This document shows positions 1-15,200 of a stretch of 64,000 bases of DNA, one piece after another; within the stretch, counting starts at the first letter, position 1; each line of letters starts with the position of its first letter. The DNA comes from Nemertoderma westbladi (lineage: Eukaryota; Animalia; Xenacoelomorpha). The DNA lies in contig JAUCBJ010002587.1 in NCBI GenBank assembly GCA_032718475.1, forward strand, positions 62,001-126,000. Reading direction: 5' to 3'. A model generated the notes under the pieces. That model ran no database searches. It saw nothing but the letters and a program-made list of their open reading frames with translations, and was not told the origin of the DNA. The position numbers and the translations under genes were made by a program.

Positions 1-3000
1 TATTAATTGGTTTGTAGTTGACCTTTGCACTTTACGACGGTCTGCTATTAATTGGTTTGTAGTTGACCTTTGCACTTTACGACGGTCTGCTATTAATTGG
101 TTTGTAGTTGACCTTTGTACTTTACTACGTTCTACTATTAATTGGTTTGTAGTTGACCTTTGCACTTTACGACGGTCTGCTATTAATTGGTTTGTAGTTT
201 ACCTTTGTACTTTACGACGGTCTGCTATTAATTGGTTTGTAGTTGACCTTTGTACTTTACTACGGTCTGCTATTAATGGGTTTGTAGTTGACCTTTGCAC
301 TTTACGACGGTCTGCTATTAATGGGTTTGTAGTTTACCTTTGTACTTTACTACGGTCTGCTATTAATGGGTTTGTAGTTGACCTTTGCACTTTACGACGG
401 TCTGATATTAATTGGTTTGTAGTTTACCTTTGTACTTTACTACGGTCTGCTATTAATGGGTTTGTAGTTGACCTTTGCACTTTACGACGGTCTGCTATTA
501 ATGGGTTTGTAGTTTACCTTTGTACTTTACTACGGTCTGCTATTAATGGGTTTGTAGTTGACCTTTGCACTTTACGACGGTCTGCTATTAATGGGTTTGT
601 AGTTTACCTTTGTACTTTACTACGGTCTGCTATTAATGGGTTTGTAGTTGACCTTTGCACTTTACGACGGTCTGCTATTAATGGGTTTGTAGTTTACCTT
701 TGTACTTTACTACGGTCTGCTATTAATGGGTTTGTAGTTGACCTTTGCACTTTACGACGGTCTACTATTAATTGGTTTGTAGTTGACCTTTGCACTTTAC
801 TACGGTCTGCTATTAATTGGTTTGTAGTTGACCTTTGCACTTTACTACGGTCTGCTATTAATTGGTTTGTAGTTTACCTTTGTACTTTACTACGGTCTGC
901 TATTAATTGGTTTGTAGTTGACCTTTGTACTTTACTACGGTCTGCTATTAATTGGTTTGTAGTTGACCTTTGCACTTTACTACGGTCTGCTATTAATTGG
1001 TTTGTAGTTGACCTTTGCACTTTACGACGGTCTGCTATTAATTGGTTTGTAGTTGACCTTTGCACTTTACGACGGTCTGCTATTAATTGGTTTGTAGTTG
1101 ACCTTTGTACTTTACTACGTTCTACTATTAATTGGTTTGTAGTTGACCTTTGCACTTTACGACGGTCTGCTATTAATTGGTTTGTAGTTTACCTTTGTAC
1201 TTTACGACGGTCTGCTATTAATTGGTTTGTAGTTGACCTTTGTACTTTACTACGGTCTGCTATTAATGGGTTTGTAGTTGACCTTTGCACTTTACGACGG
1301 TCTGCTATTAATGGGTTTGTAGTTTACCTTTGTACTTTACTACGGTCTGCTATTAATGGGTTTGTAGTTGACCTTTGCACTTTACGACGGTCTGATATTA
1401 ATTGGTTTGTAGTTTACCTTTGTACTTTACTACGGTCTGCTATTAATGGGTTTGTAGTTGACCTTTGCACTTTACGACGGTCTGCTATTAATGGGTTTGT
1501 AGTTTACCTTTGTACTTTACTACGGTCTGCTATTAATGGGTTTGTAGTTGACCTTTGCACTTTACGACGGTCTGCTATTAATTGGTTTGTAGTTGACCTT
1601 TGCAACTTAACTACGGTCTGCTATTAATTGGTTTGTAGTTGATCTTTGCACTTTACTACGGTCTGCTATTAATTGGTTTGTAGTTGACCTTTGCACTTTA
1701 CTACGGTCTGCTATTAATTGGTTTATAGTTGACCTTTGCACTTTACGACGGTCTGCTATTAATTGGTTTCTAGTTGACCTTTGTACTTTACGACGGTCTG
1801 CTATTAATTGGTTTGTAGTTGACCTTTGGACTTTACTACGGTCTGCTATTAATTGGTTTGTAGTTGACCTTTGTACTTTACTACGGTCTGCTATGTTTGT
1901 AGTTGACCTTTGCACTTTACGACGGTCTGCTATTAATTGGTTTGTAGTTGACCTTTGCACTTTACTACGGTCTGCTATTAATTGGTTTGTAGTGACCTTT
2001 GGACTTTACTACGGTCTGCTATTAATTGGTTTGTAGTTGACCTTTGTACTTTACTACGGTCTGCTATGTTTGTAGTTGACCTTTGCACTTTACGACGGTC
2101 TGCTATTAATTGGTTTGTAGTTGACCTTTGCACTTTACTACGGTCTGCTATTAATTGGTTTGTAGTTGACCTTTGCACTTTACGACGGTCTGCTATTAAT
2201 TGGTTTGTAGTTGACCTTTGCACTTTACTACGGTCTGCTATTAATTGGTTTGTAGTTGACCTTTGGACTTTACTACGGTCTGCTATTAATTGGTTTGTAG
2301 TTGACCTTTGTACTTTACTACGGTCTGCTATGTTTGTAGTTGACCTTTGCACTTTACGACGGTCTGCTATTAATTGGTTTGTAGTTGACCTTTGCACTTT
2401 ACTACGGTCTGCTATTAATTGGTTTGTAGTTGACCTTTGCACTTTACGACGGTCTGCTATTAATTGGTTTGTAGTTGACCTTTGTACTTTACTACGGTCT
2501 GCTATTAATTGGTTTATAGTTGACCTTTGCACTTTACGACGGTCTGCTATTAATTGGTTTGTAGTTGACCTTTGTACTTTACGACGGTCTGCTATTAATT
2601 GGTTTGTAGTTGACCTTTGGACTTTACTACGGTCTGCTATTAATTGGTTTGTAGTTGACCTTTGCACTTTACTACGGTCTGCTATTAATTGGTTTGTAGT
2701 TGACCTTTATAATTTACTACGGTCTGCTATTAATTGGTTTATAGTTGACCTTTGCACTTTACGACGGTCTGCTATTAATTGGTTTGTAGTTGACCTTTGT
2801 ACTTTACGACGGTCTGCTATTAATGGGTTTGTAGTTGACCTTTGCACTTTACGACGGTCTGCTATTAATGGGTTTGTAGTTGACCTTTGGACTTTACTAC
2901 GGTCTGCTATTAATTGGTTTGTAGTTGACCTTTGCACTTTACTACGGTCTGCTATTAATTGGTTTGTAGTTGACCTTTGCACTTTACTACGGTCTGCTTT

Positions 3001-6000
3001 TAATTGGTTTGTAGTTGACCTTTGCACTTTACTACGGTCTGCTATTAATTGGTTTATAGTTGACCTTTGTACTTTACGACGGTCTGCTATTAATTGGTTT
3101 GTAGTTGACCTTTGGACTTTACTACGGTCTGCTATTAATTGGTTTGTAGTTGACCTTTGTACTTTACTACGGTCTGCTATGTTTGTAGTTGACCTTTGCA
3201 CTTTACGACGGTCTGCTATTAATGGGTTTGTAGTTGACCTTTGCACTTTACGACGGTCTACTATTAATTGGTTTGTAGTTGACCTTTGCACTTTACTACG
3301 GTCTGCTATTAATTGGTTTGTAGTTGACCTTTGCACTTTACGACGGTCTGCTATTAATGGGTTTGTAGTTGACCTTTGCACTTTACTACGGTCTGCTATT
3401 AATTGGTTTGTAGTTGACCTTTGCACTTTACGACGGTCTGCTATTAATTGGTTTGTAGTTGACCTTTGCACTTTACGACGGTCTGCTATTAATTGGTTTG
3501 TAGTTTACCTTTGTACTTTACTACGGTCTGCTATTAATGGGTTTGTAGTTGACCTTTGCACTTTACGACGGTCTGCTATTAATGGGTTTGTAGTTGACCT
3601 TTGCACTTTACTACGGTCTGCTATTAATTGGTTTGTAGTTGACCTTTGCACTTTACTACGGTCTGCTATTAATTGGTTTGTAGTTGACCTTTGCACTTTA
3701 CTACGGTCTGCTATTAATTGGTTTATAGTTGACCTTTGCACTTTACGACGGTCTGCTATTAATTGGTTTGTAGTTGACCTTTGCACTTTACGACGGTCTG
3801 CTATTAATTGGTTTGTAGTTGACCTTTGTACTTTACGACGGTCTGCTATTAATTGGTTTGTAGTTGACCTTTGCACTTTACTACGGTCTGCTTTTAATTG
3901 GTTTGTAGTTGACCTTTGCACTTTACTACGGTCTGCTATTAATTGGTTTATAGTTGACCTTTGTACTTTACGACGGTCTGCTATTAATTGGTTTGTAGTT
4001 GACCTTTGGACTTTACTACGGTCTGCTATTAATTGGTTTGTAGTTGACCTTTGTACTTTACTACGGTCTGCTATGTTTGTAGTTGACCTTTGCACTTTAC
4101 GACGGTCTGCTATTAATTGGTTTGTAGTTGACCTTTGCACTTTACTACGGTCTGCTATTAATTGGTTTGTAGTTGACCTTTGCACTTTACGACGGTCTGC
4201 TATTAATTGGTTTGTAGTTGACCTTTGCACTTTACTACGGTCTGCTATTAATTGGTTTGTAGTTGACCTTTGCACTTTACGACGGTCTGCTATTAATTGG
4301 TTTGTAGTTTACCTTTGTACTTTACTACGGTCTGCTATTAATGGGTTTGTAGTTGACCTTTGCACTTTACGACGGTCTGCTATTAATGGGTTTGTAGTTG
4401 ACCTTTGCACTTTACTACGGTCTGCTATTAATTGGTTTGTAGTTGACCTTTGCACTTTACGACGGTCTGCTATTAATGGGTTTGTAGTTGACCTTTGCAC
4501 TTTACGACGGTCTGCTATTAATTGGTTTGTAGTTGACCTTTGTACTTTACGACGGTCTGCTATTAATGGGTTTGTAGTTGACCTTTGTACTTTACGACGG
4601 TCTGCTATTAATTGGTTTGTAGTTGACCTTTGCACTTTACTACGGTCTGCTATTAATGGGTTTGTAGTTGACCTTTGCACTTTACGACGGTCTGCTATTA
4701 ATTGGTTTGTAGTTTACCTTTGTACTTTACTACGGTCTGCTATTAATGGGTTTGTAGTTGACCTTTGCACTTTACGACGGTCTGCTATTAATGGGTTTGT
4801 AGTTGACCTTTGCACTTTACTACGGTCTGCTATTAATTGGTTTGTAGTTGACCTTTGCACTTTACTACGGTCTGCTATTAATTGGTTTGTAGTTGACCTT
4901 TGCACTTTACTACGGTCTGCTATTAATTGGTTTGTAGTTGACCTTTGCACTTTACGTCGGTCTGCTATTAATTGGTTTGTAGTTGACCTTTGGACTTTAC
5001 TACGGTCTGCTATTAATTGGTTTGTAGTTGACCTTTGCACTTTACTACGGTCTGCTATTAATGGGTTTGTAGTTGACCTTTGCACTTTACGACGGTCTGC
5101 TATTAATTGGTTTGTAGTTGACCTTTGCACTTTACGACGGTCTGCTATTAATGGGTTTGTAGTTGACCTTTGCACTTTACGACGGTCTGCTATTAATGGG
5201 TTTGTAGTTGACCTTTGCACTTTACGACGGTCTGCTATTAATTGGTTTGTAGTTGACCTTTGTACTTTACGACGGTCTGCTATTAATGGGTTTGTAGTTG
5301 ACCTTTGCACTTTACGACGGTCTGCTATTAATTGGTTTGTAGTTTACCTTTGTACTTTACTACGGTCTGCTATTAATGGGTTTGTAGTTGACCTTTGCAC
5401 TTTACTACGGTCTGCTATTAATTGGTTTGTAGTTGACCTTTGTACTTTACTACGGTCTGCTATTAATTGGTTTGTAGTTGACCTTTGCACTTTACTACGG
5501 TCTGCTATTAATTGGTTTGTAGTTGACCTTTGGACTTTACTACGGTCTGCTATGTTTGTAGTTGACCTTTGTACTTTACTACGGTCTGCTATTAATTGGT
5601 TTGTAGTTGACCTTTGTACTTTACGACGGTCTGCTATTAATTGGTTTGTAGTTTACCTTTGTACTTTACTACGGTCTGCTATTAATTGGTTTGTAGTTGA
5701 CCTTTGCACTTTACGACGGTCTGCTATTAATTGGTTTGTAGTTGACCTTTGCACTTTACTACGGTCTGCTATTAATTGGTTTGTAGTTGACCTTTGCACT
5801 TTACGACGGTCTGCTATTAATTGGTTTGTAGTTGACCTTTGCACTTTACTACGGTCTGCTATTAATTGGTTTGTAGTTGACCTTTGTACTTTACGACGGT
5901 CTGCTATTAATTGGTTTGTAGTTGACCTTTGCACTTTACTACGGTCTGCTATTAATTGGTTTGTAGTTGACCTTTGCACTTTACTACGGTCTGCTATTAA

Positions 6001-6069
6001 TTGGTTTGTAGTTGACCTTTGCACTTTACGACGGTCTGCTATTAATTGGTTTGTAGTTGACCTTTGCAC
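1..6069. repeat. 45-bp tandem satellite A, array 1 (~135 copies, runs off the window's left edge)
   Basis: Consensus TCTGCTATTAATTGGTTTGTAGTTGACCTTTGCACTTTACTACGG repeated head-to-tail with point variants and occasional 36-bp deletion monomers (CTGCTATGTTTGTAG). Confidence 0.98.
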
Positions 6070-6146
6070 GGGTGCTATATAACTGTTTTCGTACCAAAAT
6101 ATCGTTTCCCCATATAACAATATTATGGCGGCGACTTCGTATGAAA
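6070..6146. repeat. 77-bp unique flank of satellite A, copy 1 (identical to 42306-42382)
   Basis: GGGTGCTATATAACTGTTTTCGTACC...GGCGGCGACTTCGTATGAAA follows the last TGCAC of both satellite A arrays. Confidence 0.93.
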
Positions 6147-6260
6147 CTAACTACATGGGTAAAAAGCCTCGTTGCAGATATTCAAGATTTTCACAAATTT
6201 GCTGGAATTATCGCTGTTAAATATTATGGCTGTATATCTTTTCGGTGGTATATCGTTGCT

Positions 6261-9200
6261 ATGTGCGGATATCAATATTATGGTTGCATACCGTTTATGT
6301 GTGCGGGATATCAATATTATGGTTGCATACCGTTTCTATATTTCCGGGATATCAATATTATGGTGGCATACCGTTTCTATGTGCGGGATATCAATATTAT
6401 GGTTGCATACCGTTTCTATATATCCGGGATATCAATATTATGGTGGCATACCGTTTATGTGTGCGGGATATCAATATTATGGTGGCATACCGTTTCTATG
6501 TGCGGGATATCAATATTATGGTTGCATACCGTTTATGTGTGCGGGATATCAATATTATGGTGGCATACCGTTTCTATGTGCGGGATATCAATATTATGGT
6601 TGCATACCGTTTCTATATATCCGGGATATCAATATTATGGTGGCATACCGTTTATGTGTGCGGGATATCAATATTATGGTAGCATACCATTTATGTGTGC
6701 GGGATATCATTATTATGGTTGCATACCGTTTCTATGTGCGGGATATCAATATTATGGTTGCATACCGTTTATGTGAGCGGGATATCAATATTATGGTTGC
6801 ATACCGTTTCTATGTGCGGGATATCAATATTATGGTTGCATACCGTTTATGTGTGCGGGATATCAATATTATGGTGGCATACCGTTTATGTGTGCGGGAT
6901 ATCAATATTATGGTTGCATACTGTTTCTATGTGCGGGATATCAATATTATGGTGGCATACCGTTTATGTGTGCGGGATATCAATATTATGGTTGCATACC
7001 GTTTATGTGTGCGGGATATCAATATTATGGTGGCATACCGTTTATGTGTGCGGGATATCAATATTATGGTTGCATACCGTTTATGTGTGCGGGATATCAA
7101 TATTATGGTGGCATACCGTTTATGTGTGCGGGATATCAATATTATGGTTGCATACCGTTTCTATATATCCGGGATATCAATATTATGGTGGCATACCGTT
7201 TATGTGTGCGGGATATCAATATTATGGTTGCATACCGTTTCTATGTGCGGGATATCAATATTATGGTAGCATACCATTTATGTGTGCGGGATATCAATAT
7301 TATGGTTACATACCGTTTCTATGTGCGGGATATCAATATTATGGTTGCATACCGTTTATGTGAGCGGGATATCAATATTATGGTTGCATACCGTTTATGT
7401 GTGCGGGATATCAATATTATGGTTGCATACCGTTTCTATATATCCGGGATATCAATATTATGGTGGCATACCGTTTATGTGTGCGGGATATCAATATTAT
7501 GGTTGCATACCGTTTCTATGTGCGGGATATCAATATTATGGTAGCATACCATTTATGTGTGCGGGATATCAATATTATGGTTGCATACCGTTTATGTGTG
7601 CGGGATATCAATATTATGGTTGCATACCGTTTCTATGTGCGGGATATCAATATGGTAGCATACCATTTATGTGTGCGGGATATCAATATTATGGTTGCAT
7701 ACCGTTTCTATGTGCGGGATATCAATATTATGGTGGCATACCGTTTATGTGTGCGGGATATCAATATTATGGTTGCATACCGTTTATGTGTGCGGGATAT
7801 CAATATTATGGTTGCATACCGTTTCTATGTGCGGGATATCAATTATGGTAGCATACCATTTATGTGTGCGGGATATCAATATTATGGTCGCATACCGTTT
7901 CTATGTGCGGGATATCAATATTATGGTTGCATACCGTTTATGTGTGCGGGATATCAATATTATGGTTGCATACCGTTTCTATGTGCGGGATATCAATATT
8001 ATGGTAGCATACCATTTATGTGTGCGGGATATCAATAGTATGGTTGCATACCGTTTCTATGAGCGGGATATCAATATTATGGTTGCATACCGTTTATGTG
8101 AGCGGGATATCAATATTATGGTTGCATACCGTTTCTATGTACGGGTTATCAATATTATGGTTGCATACCGTTTATGTGTGCGGGATATCAATATTATGGT
8201 GGCATACCGTTTATGTGTGCGGGATATCAATATTATGGTTGCATACCGTTTCTATATATCCGGGATATCAATATTATGGTGGCATACCGTTTATGTGTGC
8301 GGGATATCAATATTATGGTTGCATACCGTTTCTATGTGCGGGATATCAATATTATGGTGGCATACCGTTTATGTGTGCGGGATATCAATATTATGGTTGC
8401 ATACCGTTTATGTGTGCGGGATATCAATATTATGGTTGCATACCGTTTCTATGTGCGGGATATCAATATTATGGTAGCATACCATTTATGTGTGCGGGAT
8501 ATCAATATTATGGTTGCATACCGTTTCTATGTGCGGGATATCAATATTATGGTTGCATACCGTTTATGTGTGCGGGATATCAATATTATGGTTGCATACC
8601 GTTTCTATGTGCGGGATATCAATATTATGGTAGCATACCATTTATGTGTGCGGGATATCAATATTATGGTTGCATACCGTTTCTATGTGCGGGATATCAA
8701 TATTATGGTTGCATACCGTTTCTATGTGCGGGATATCAATATTATGGTAGCATACCGTTTCTATGTGCGGGATATCAATATTATGGTTGCATACCGTTTC
8801 TATGTGCGGGATATCAATATTATGGTTGCATACCGTTTCTATGTGCGGGATATCAATATTATGGTTGCATACCGTTTATGTGTGCGGGATATCAATATTA
8901 TGGTTGCATACCGTTTATGTGTGCGGGATATCAATATTATGGTGGCATACCGTTTATGTGTGCGGGATATCAATATTATGGTTGCATACCGTTTCTATGT
9001 GCGGGATATCAATATTATGGTTGCATACCGTTTCTATGTGCGGGATATCAATATTATGGTGGCATACCGTTTATGTGTGCGGGATATCAATATTATGGTT
9101 GCATACCGTTTATGTGTGCGGGATATCAATATTATGGTGGCATACCGTTTATGTGTGCGGGATATCAATATTATGGTTGCATACCGTTTCTATGTGCGGG

Positions 9201-12200
9201 ATATCAATATTATGGTTGCATACCGTTTATGTGTGCGGGATATCAATATTATGGTTGCATACCGTTTCTATGTGCGGGATATCAATATTATGGTTGCATA
9301 CCGTTTCTATGTGCGGGATATCAATATTATGGTAGCATACCGTTTCTATGTGCGGGATATCAATATTATGGTTGCATACCGTTTCTATGTGCGGGATATC
9401 AATATTATGGTTGCATACCGTTTCTATGTGCGGGATATCAATATTATGGTGGCATACCGTTTATGTGTGCGGGATATCAATATTATGGTTGCATACCGTT
9501 TCTATGTGCGGGATATCAATATTATGGTTGCATACCGTTTATGTGTGCGGGATATCAATATTATGGTTGCATACCGTTTATAGTGTGCGGGATATCAATA
9601 TTATGGTTGCATACCGTTTATGTGTGCGGGATATCAATATTATGGTTGCATACCGTTTCTATGTGCGGGATATCAATATTATGGTAGCATACCGTTTATG
9701 TGTGCGGGATATCAATATTATGGTTGCATACCGTTTCTATGTGCGGGATATCAATATTATGGTTGCATACCGTTTATGTGTGCGGGATATCAATATTATG
9801 GTTGCATACCGTTTCATATGTGCGGGATATCAATATTATGGTAGCATACCGTTTATGTGTGCGGGATATCAATATTATGGTTGCATACCGTTTCTATGTG
9901 CGGGATATCAATATTATGGTTGCATACCGTTTCTATGTGCGGGATATCAATATTATGGTTGCATACCGTTTCTATGTGTCGGGATATCAATATTATGGTT
10001 GCATACCGTTTCTATGTGCGGGATATCAATATTATGGTTGCATACCGTTTATGTGTGCGGGATATCAATATTATGGTTGCATACCGTTTCTATGTGCGGG
10101 ATATCAATATTATGGTAGCATACCGTTTATGTGTGCGGGATATCAATATTATGGTTGCATACCGTTTCTATGTGCGGGATATCAATATTATGGTTGCATA
10201 CCGTTTCTATGTGCGGGATATCAATATTATGGTTGCATACCGTTTCTATGTGCGGGATATCAATATTATGGTTGCATACCGTTTCTATGTGCGGGATATC
10301 AATATTATGGTTGCATACCGTTTCTATGTGCGGGATATCAATATTATGGTTGCATACCGTTTATGTGTGCGGGATATCAATATTATGGTGGCATACCGTT
10401 TATAGTGTGCGGGATATCAATATTATGGTTGCATACCGTTTATGTGTGCGGGATATCAATATTATGGTTGCATACCGTTTCTATATATCCGGGATATCAA
10501 TATTATGGTGGCATACCGTTATGTGTTCGGGTTATCAATATTATGGTTGCATACCGTTTCTATGTGCGGGATATCAATATTATGGTTGCATACCGTTTCT
10601 ATGTGCGGGATATCAATATTATGGTTGCATACCGTTTCTATGTGCGGGATATCAATATTATGGTGGCATACCGTTTATGTGTGCGGGATATCAATATTAT
10701 GGTTGCATACCGTTTCTATGTGCGGGATATCAATATTATGGTTGCATACCGTTTCTATGTGCGGGATATCAATATTATGGTAGCATACCATTTATGTGTG
10801 CGGGATATCAATATTATGGTTGCATACCGTTTCTATGTGCGGGATATCAATATTATGGTTGCATACCGTTTATGTGTGCGGGATATCAATATTATGGTTG
10901 CATACCGTTTCTATGTGCGGGATATCAATATTATGGTTGCATACCGTTTATGTGTGCGGGATATCAATATTATGGTGGCATACCGTTTATGTGTGCGGGA
11001 TATCAATATTATGGTTGCATACCGTTTATGTGTGCGGGATATCAATATTATGGTTGCATACCGTTTCTATGTGCGGGATATCATATTATGGTAGCATACC
11101 ATTTATGTGTGCGGGATATCAATATTATGGTTGCATACCGTTTCTATGTGCGGGATATCAATATTATGGTTGCATACCGTTTATGTGTGCGGGATATCAA
11201 TATTATGGTTGCATACCGTTTATGTGTGCGGGATATCAATATTATGGTTGCATACCGTTTATGTGTGCGGGATATCAATATTATGGTTGCATACCGTTTC
11301 TATGTGCGGGATATCATATTATGGTAGCATACCATTTATGTGTGCGGGATATCAATATTATGGTTGCATACCGTTTCTATGTGCGGGATATCAATATTAT
11401 GGTTGCATACCGTTTATGTGTGCGGGATATCAATATTATGGTTGCATACCGTTTCTATGTGCGGGATATCAATATTATGGTTGCATACCGTTTCTATATA
11501 TCCGGGATATCAATATTATGGTGCATACCGTTTATGTGTGCGGGATATCAATATTATGGTTGCATACCGTTTCTATGTGCGGGATATCAATATTATGGTT
11601 GCATACCGTTTATGTGTGCGGGATATCAATATTATGGTGGCATACCGTTTATAGTGTGCGGGATATCAATATTATGGTTGCATACCGTTTATGTGTGCGG
11701 GATATCAATATTATGGTTGCATACCGTTTCTATATATCCGGGATATCAATATTATGGTGGCATACCGTTATGTGTTCGGGTTATCAATATTATGGTTGCA
11801 TACCGTTTCTATGTGCGGGATATCAATATTATGGTAGCATACCGTTTATGTGTGCGGGATATCAATATTATGGTTGCATACCGTTTCTATGTGCGGGATA
11901 TCAATATTATGGTAGCATACCGTTTATGTGTGCGGGATATCAATATTATGGTTGCATACCGTTTCTATGTACGGGTTATTCTATTATGGTAGCATACCAA
12001 TTATGTGTGCGGGATATCAATATTATGGTTGCATACCGTTTCTATGTGCGGGATATCAATATTATGGTGGCATACCGTTATGTGTTCGGGTTATCAATAT
12101 TATGGTTGCATACCGTTTCTATGTGCGGGATATCAATATTATGGTAGCATACCGTTTATGTGTGCGGGATATCAATATTATGGTTGCATACCGTTTCTAT

Positions 12201-15200
12201 GTGCGGGATATCAATATTATGGTAGCATACCGTTTATGTGTGCGGGATATCAATATTATGGTTGCATACCGTTTCTATGTACGGGTTATTTCTATTATGG
12301 TAGCATACCAATTATGTGTGCGGGATATCAATATTATGGTTGCATACCGTTTCTATGTGCGGGATATCAATATTATGGTGGCATACCGTTATGTGTTCGG
12401 GTTATCAATATTATGGTTGCATACCGTTTCTATGTGCGGGTTATTACTATTATGGTAGCATACCAATTATGTGTGCGGGATATCAATATTATGGTTGCAT
12501 ACCGTTTCTATGTGCGGGATATCAATATTATGGTTGCATACCGTTTATGTGTGCGGGATATCAATATTATGGTTGCATACCGTTTCTAAGAGCGGGATAT
12601 CAATATTATGGTGGCATACCGTTTATATATGTGTGCGGGACATCAATATTATGGTAGCATACCGTTTATGTGTGCGGGATATCAATATTATGGTTGCATA
12701 CCGTTTCTATATATCCGGGATATCAATATTATGGTGGCATACCGTTATGTGTTCGGGTTATCAATATTATGGTTGCATACCGTTTCTATGTGCGGGATAT
12801 TACTATTATGGTAGCATACCGTTTCTATGTGCGGGATATCAATATTATGGTTGCATACCGTTTATGTGTGCGGGATATCAATATTATGGTTGCATACCGT
12901 TTCTATGTACGGGTTATTTCTATTATGGTAGCATACCAATTATGTGTGCGGGATATCAATATTATGGTTGCATACCGTTTCTATGTGCGGGATATCAATA
13001 TTATGGTGGCATACCGTTATGTGTTCGGGTTATCAATATTATGGTTGCATACCGTTTCTATGTACGGGTTATTACTATTATGGTAGCATACCAATTATGT
13101 GTGCGGGATATCAATATTATGGTTGCATACCGTTTCTATGTGCGGGATATCAATATTATGGTAGCATACCGTTTATGTGTGCGGGATATCAATATTATGG
13201 TTGCATACCGTTTCTAAGTGCGGGATATCAATATTATGGTGGCATACCGTTTATAGTGTGCGGGATATCAATATTATGGTAGCATACCGTTTATGTGTGC
13301 GGGATATCAATATTATGGTTGCATACCGTTTCTATATATCCGGGATATCAATATTATGGTGGCATACCGTTATGTGTTCGGGATATCAATATTATGGTTG
13401 CATACCGTTTCTATGTGCGGGATATCAATATTATGGTGGCATACCGTTTCTATGTGCGGGATATCAATATTATGGTTGCATACCGTTTATGTGTGCGGGA
13501 TATCAATATTATGGTTGCATACCGTTTCTATGTGCGGGATATCAATATTATGGTGGCATACCGTTTCTATGTGCGGGATATCAATATTATGGTTGCATAC
13601 CGTTTATGTGTGCGGGATATCAATATTATGGTTGCATACCGTTTCTATGTACGGGTTATTACTATTATGGTAGCATACCAATTATGTGTGCGGGATATCA
13701 ATCTTATGGTTGCATACCGTTTCTTATGTGCGGGATATCAATATTATGGTGGCATACCGTTATGTGTTCGGGTTATCAATATTATGGTTGCATACCGTTT
13801 CTATGTACGGGTTATTGCTATTATGGTAGCATACCAATTATGTGTGCGGGATATCAATATTATGGTTGCATACCGTTTCTATGTGCGGGATATCAATATT
13901 ATGGTAGCATACCGTTTATGTGTGCGGGATATCAATATTATGGTTGCATACCGTTTCTATGTGCGGGATATCAATATTATGGTAGCATACCGTTTATGTG
14001 TGCGGGATATCAATATTATGGTTGCATACCGTTTATGTGTGCGGGATATCAATATTATGGTTGCATACCGTTTATGTGTGCGGGATATCAATATTATGGT
14101 TGCATACCGTTTCTATGTGCGGGATATCAATATTATGGTTGCATACCGTTTCTATATATCCGGGATATCAATATTATGGTTGCATACCGTTTCTATATAT
14201 CCGGGATATCAATATTATGGTGGCATACCGTTATGTGTTCGGGTTATCAATATTATGGTTGCATACCGTTTCTATGTGCGGGATATCAATATTATGGTTG
14301 CATACCGTTTCTATGTGCGGGATATCAATATTATGGTTGCATACCGTTTCTATATGTGCGGGATATCAATATTATGGTTGCATACCGTTTCTATGTATCC
14401 GGGATATCAATATTATGGTGGCATACCGTTTCTATATATCCGGGATATCAATATTATGGTGGCATACCGTTTATGTGTTCGGGTTATCAATATTATGGTT
14501 GCATACCGTTTCTATGTGCGGGATATCAATATTATGGTTGCATACCGTTTCTATATATCCGGGATATCAATATTATGGTGGCATACCGTTATGTGTTCGG
14601 GTTATCAATATTATGGTTGCATACCGTTTCTATATATCCGGGATATCAATATTATGGTTGCATACCGTTTCTATATATCCGGGATATCAATATTATGGTT
14701 GCATACCGTTTCTATATATCCGGGATATCAATATTATGGTTGCATACCGTTTCTATATATCCGGGATATCAATATTATGGTTGCATACCGTTTCTATATA
14801 TCCGGGATATCAATATTATGGTTGCATACCGTTTCTATATATCCGGGATATCAATATTATGGTTGCATACCGTTTCTATATATCCGGGATATCAATATTA
14901 TGGTGGCATACCGTTATGTGTTCGGGTTATCAATATTATGGTTGCATACCGTTTCTATGTGCGGGATATCAATATTATGGTTGCATACCGTTTCTATATA
15001 TCCGGGATATCAATATTATGGTGGCATACCGTTATGTGTTCGGGTTATCAATATTATGGTTGCATACCGTTTCTATGTGCGGTATATCAATATTATGGTT
15101 GCATACCGTTTCTATGTGCGGGATATCAATATTATGGTTGCATACCGTTTCTATGTGCGGGATATCAATATTATGGTTGCATACCGTTTCTATGTACGGG

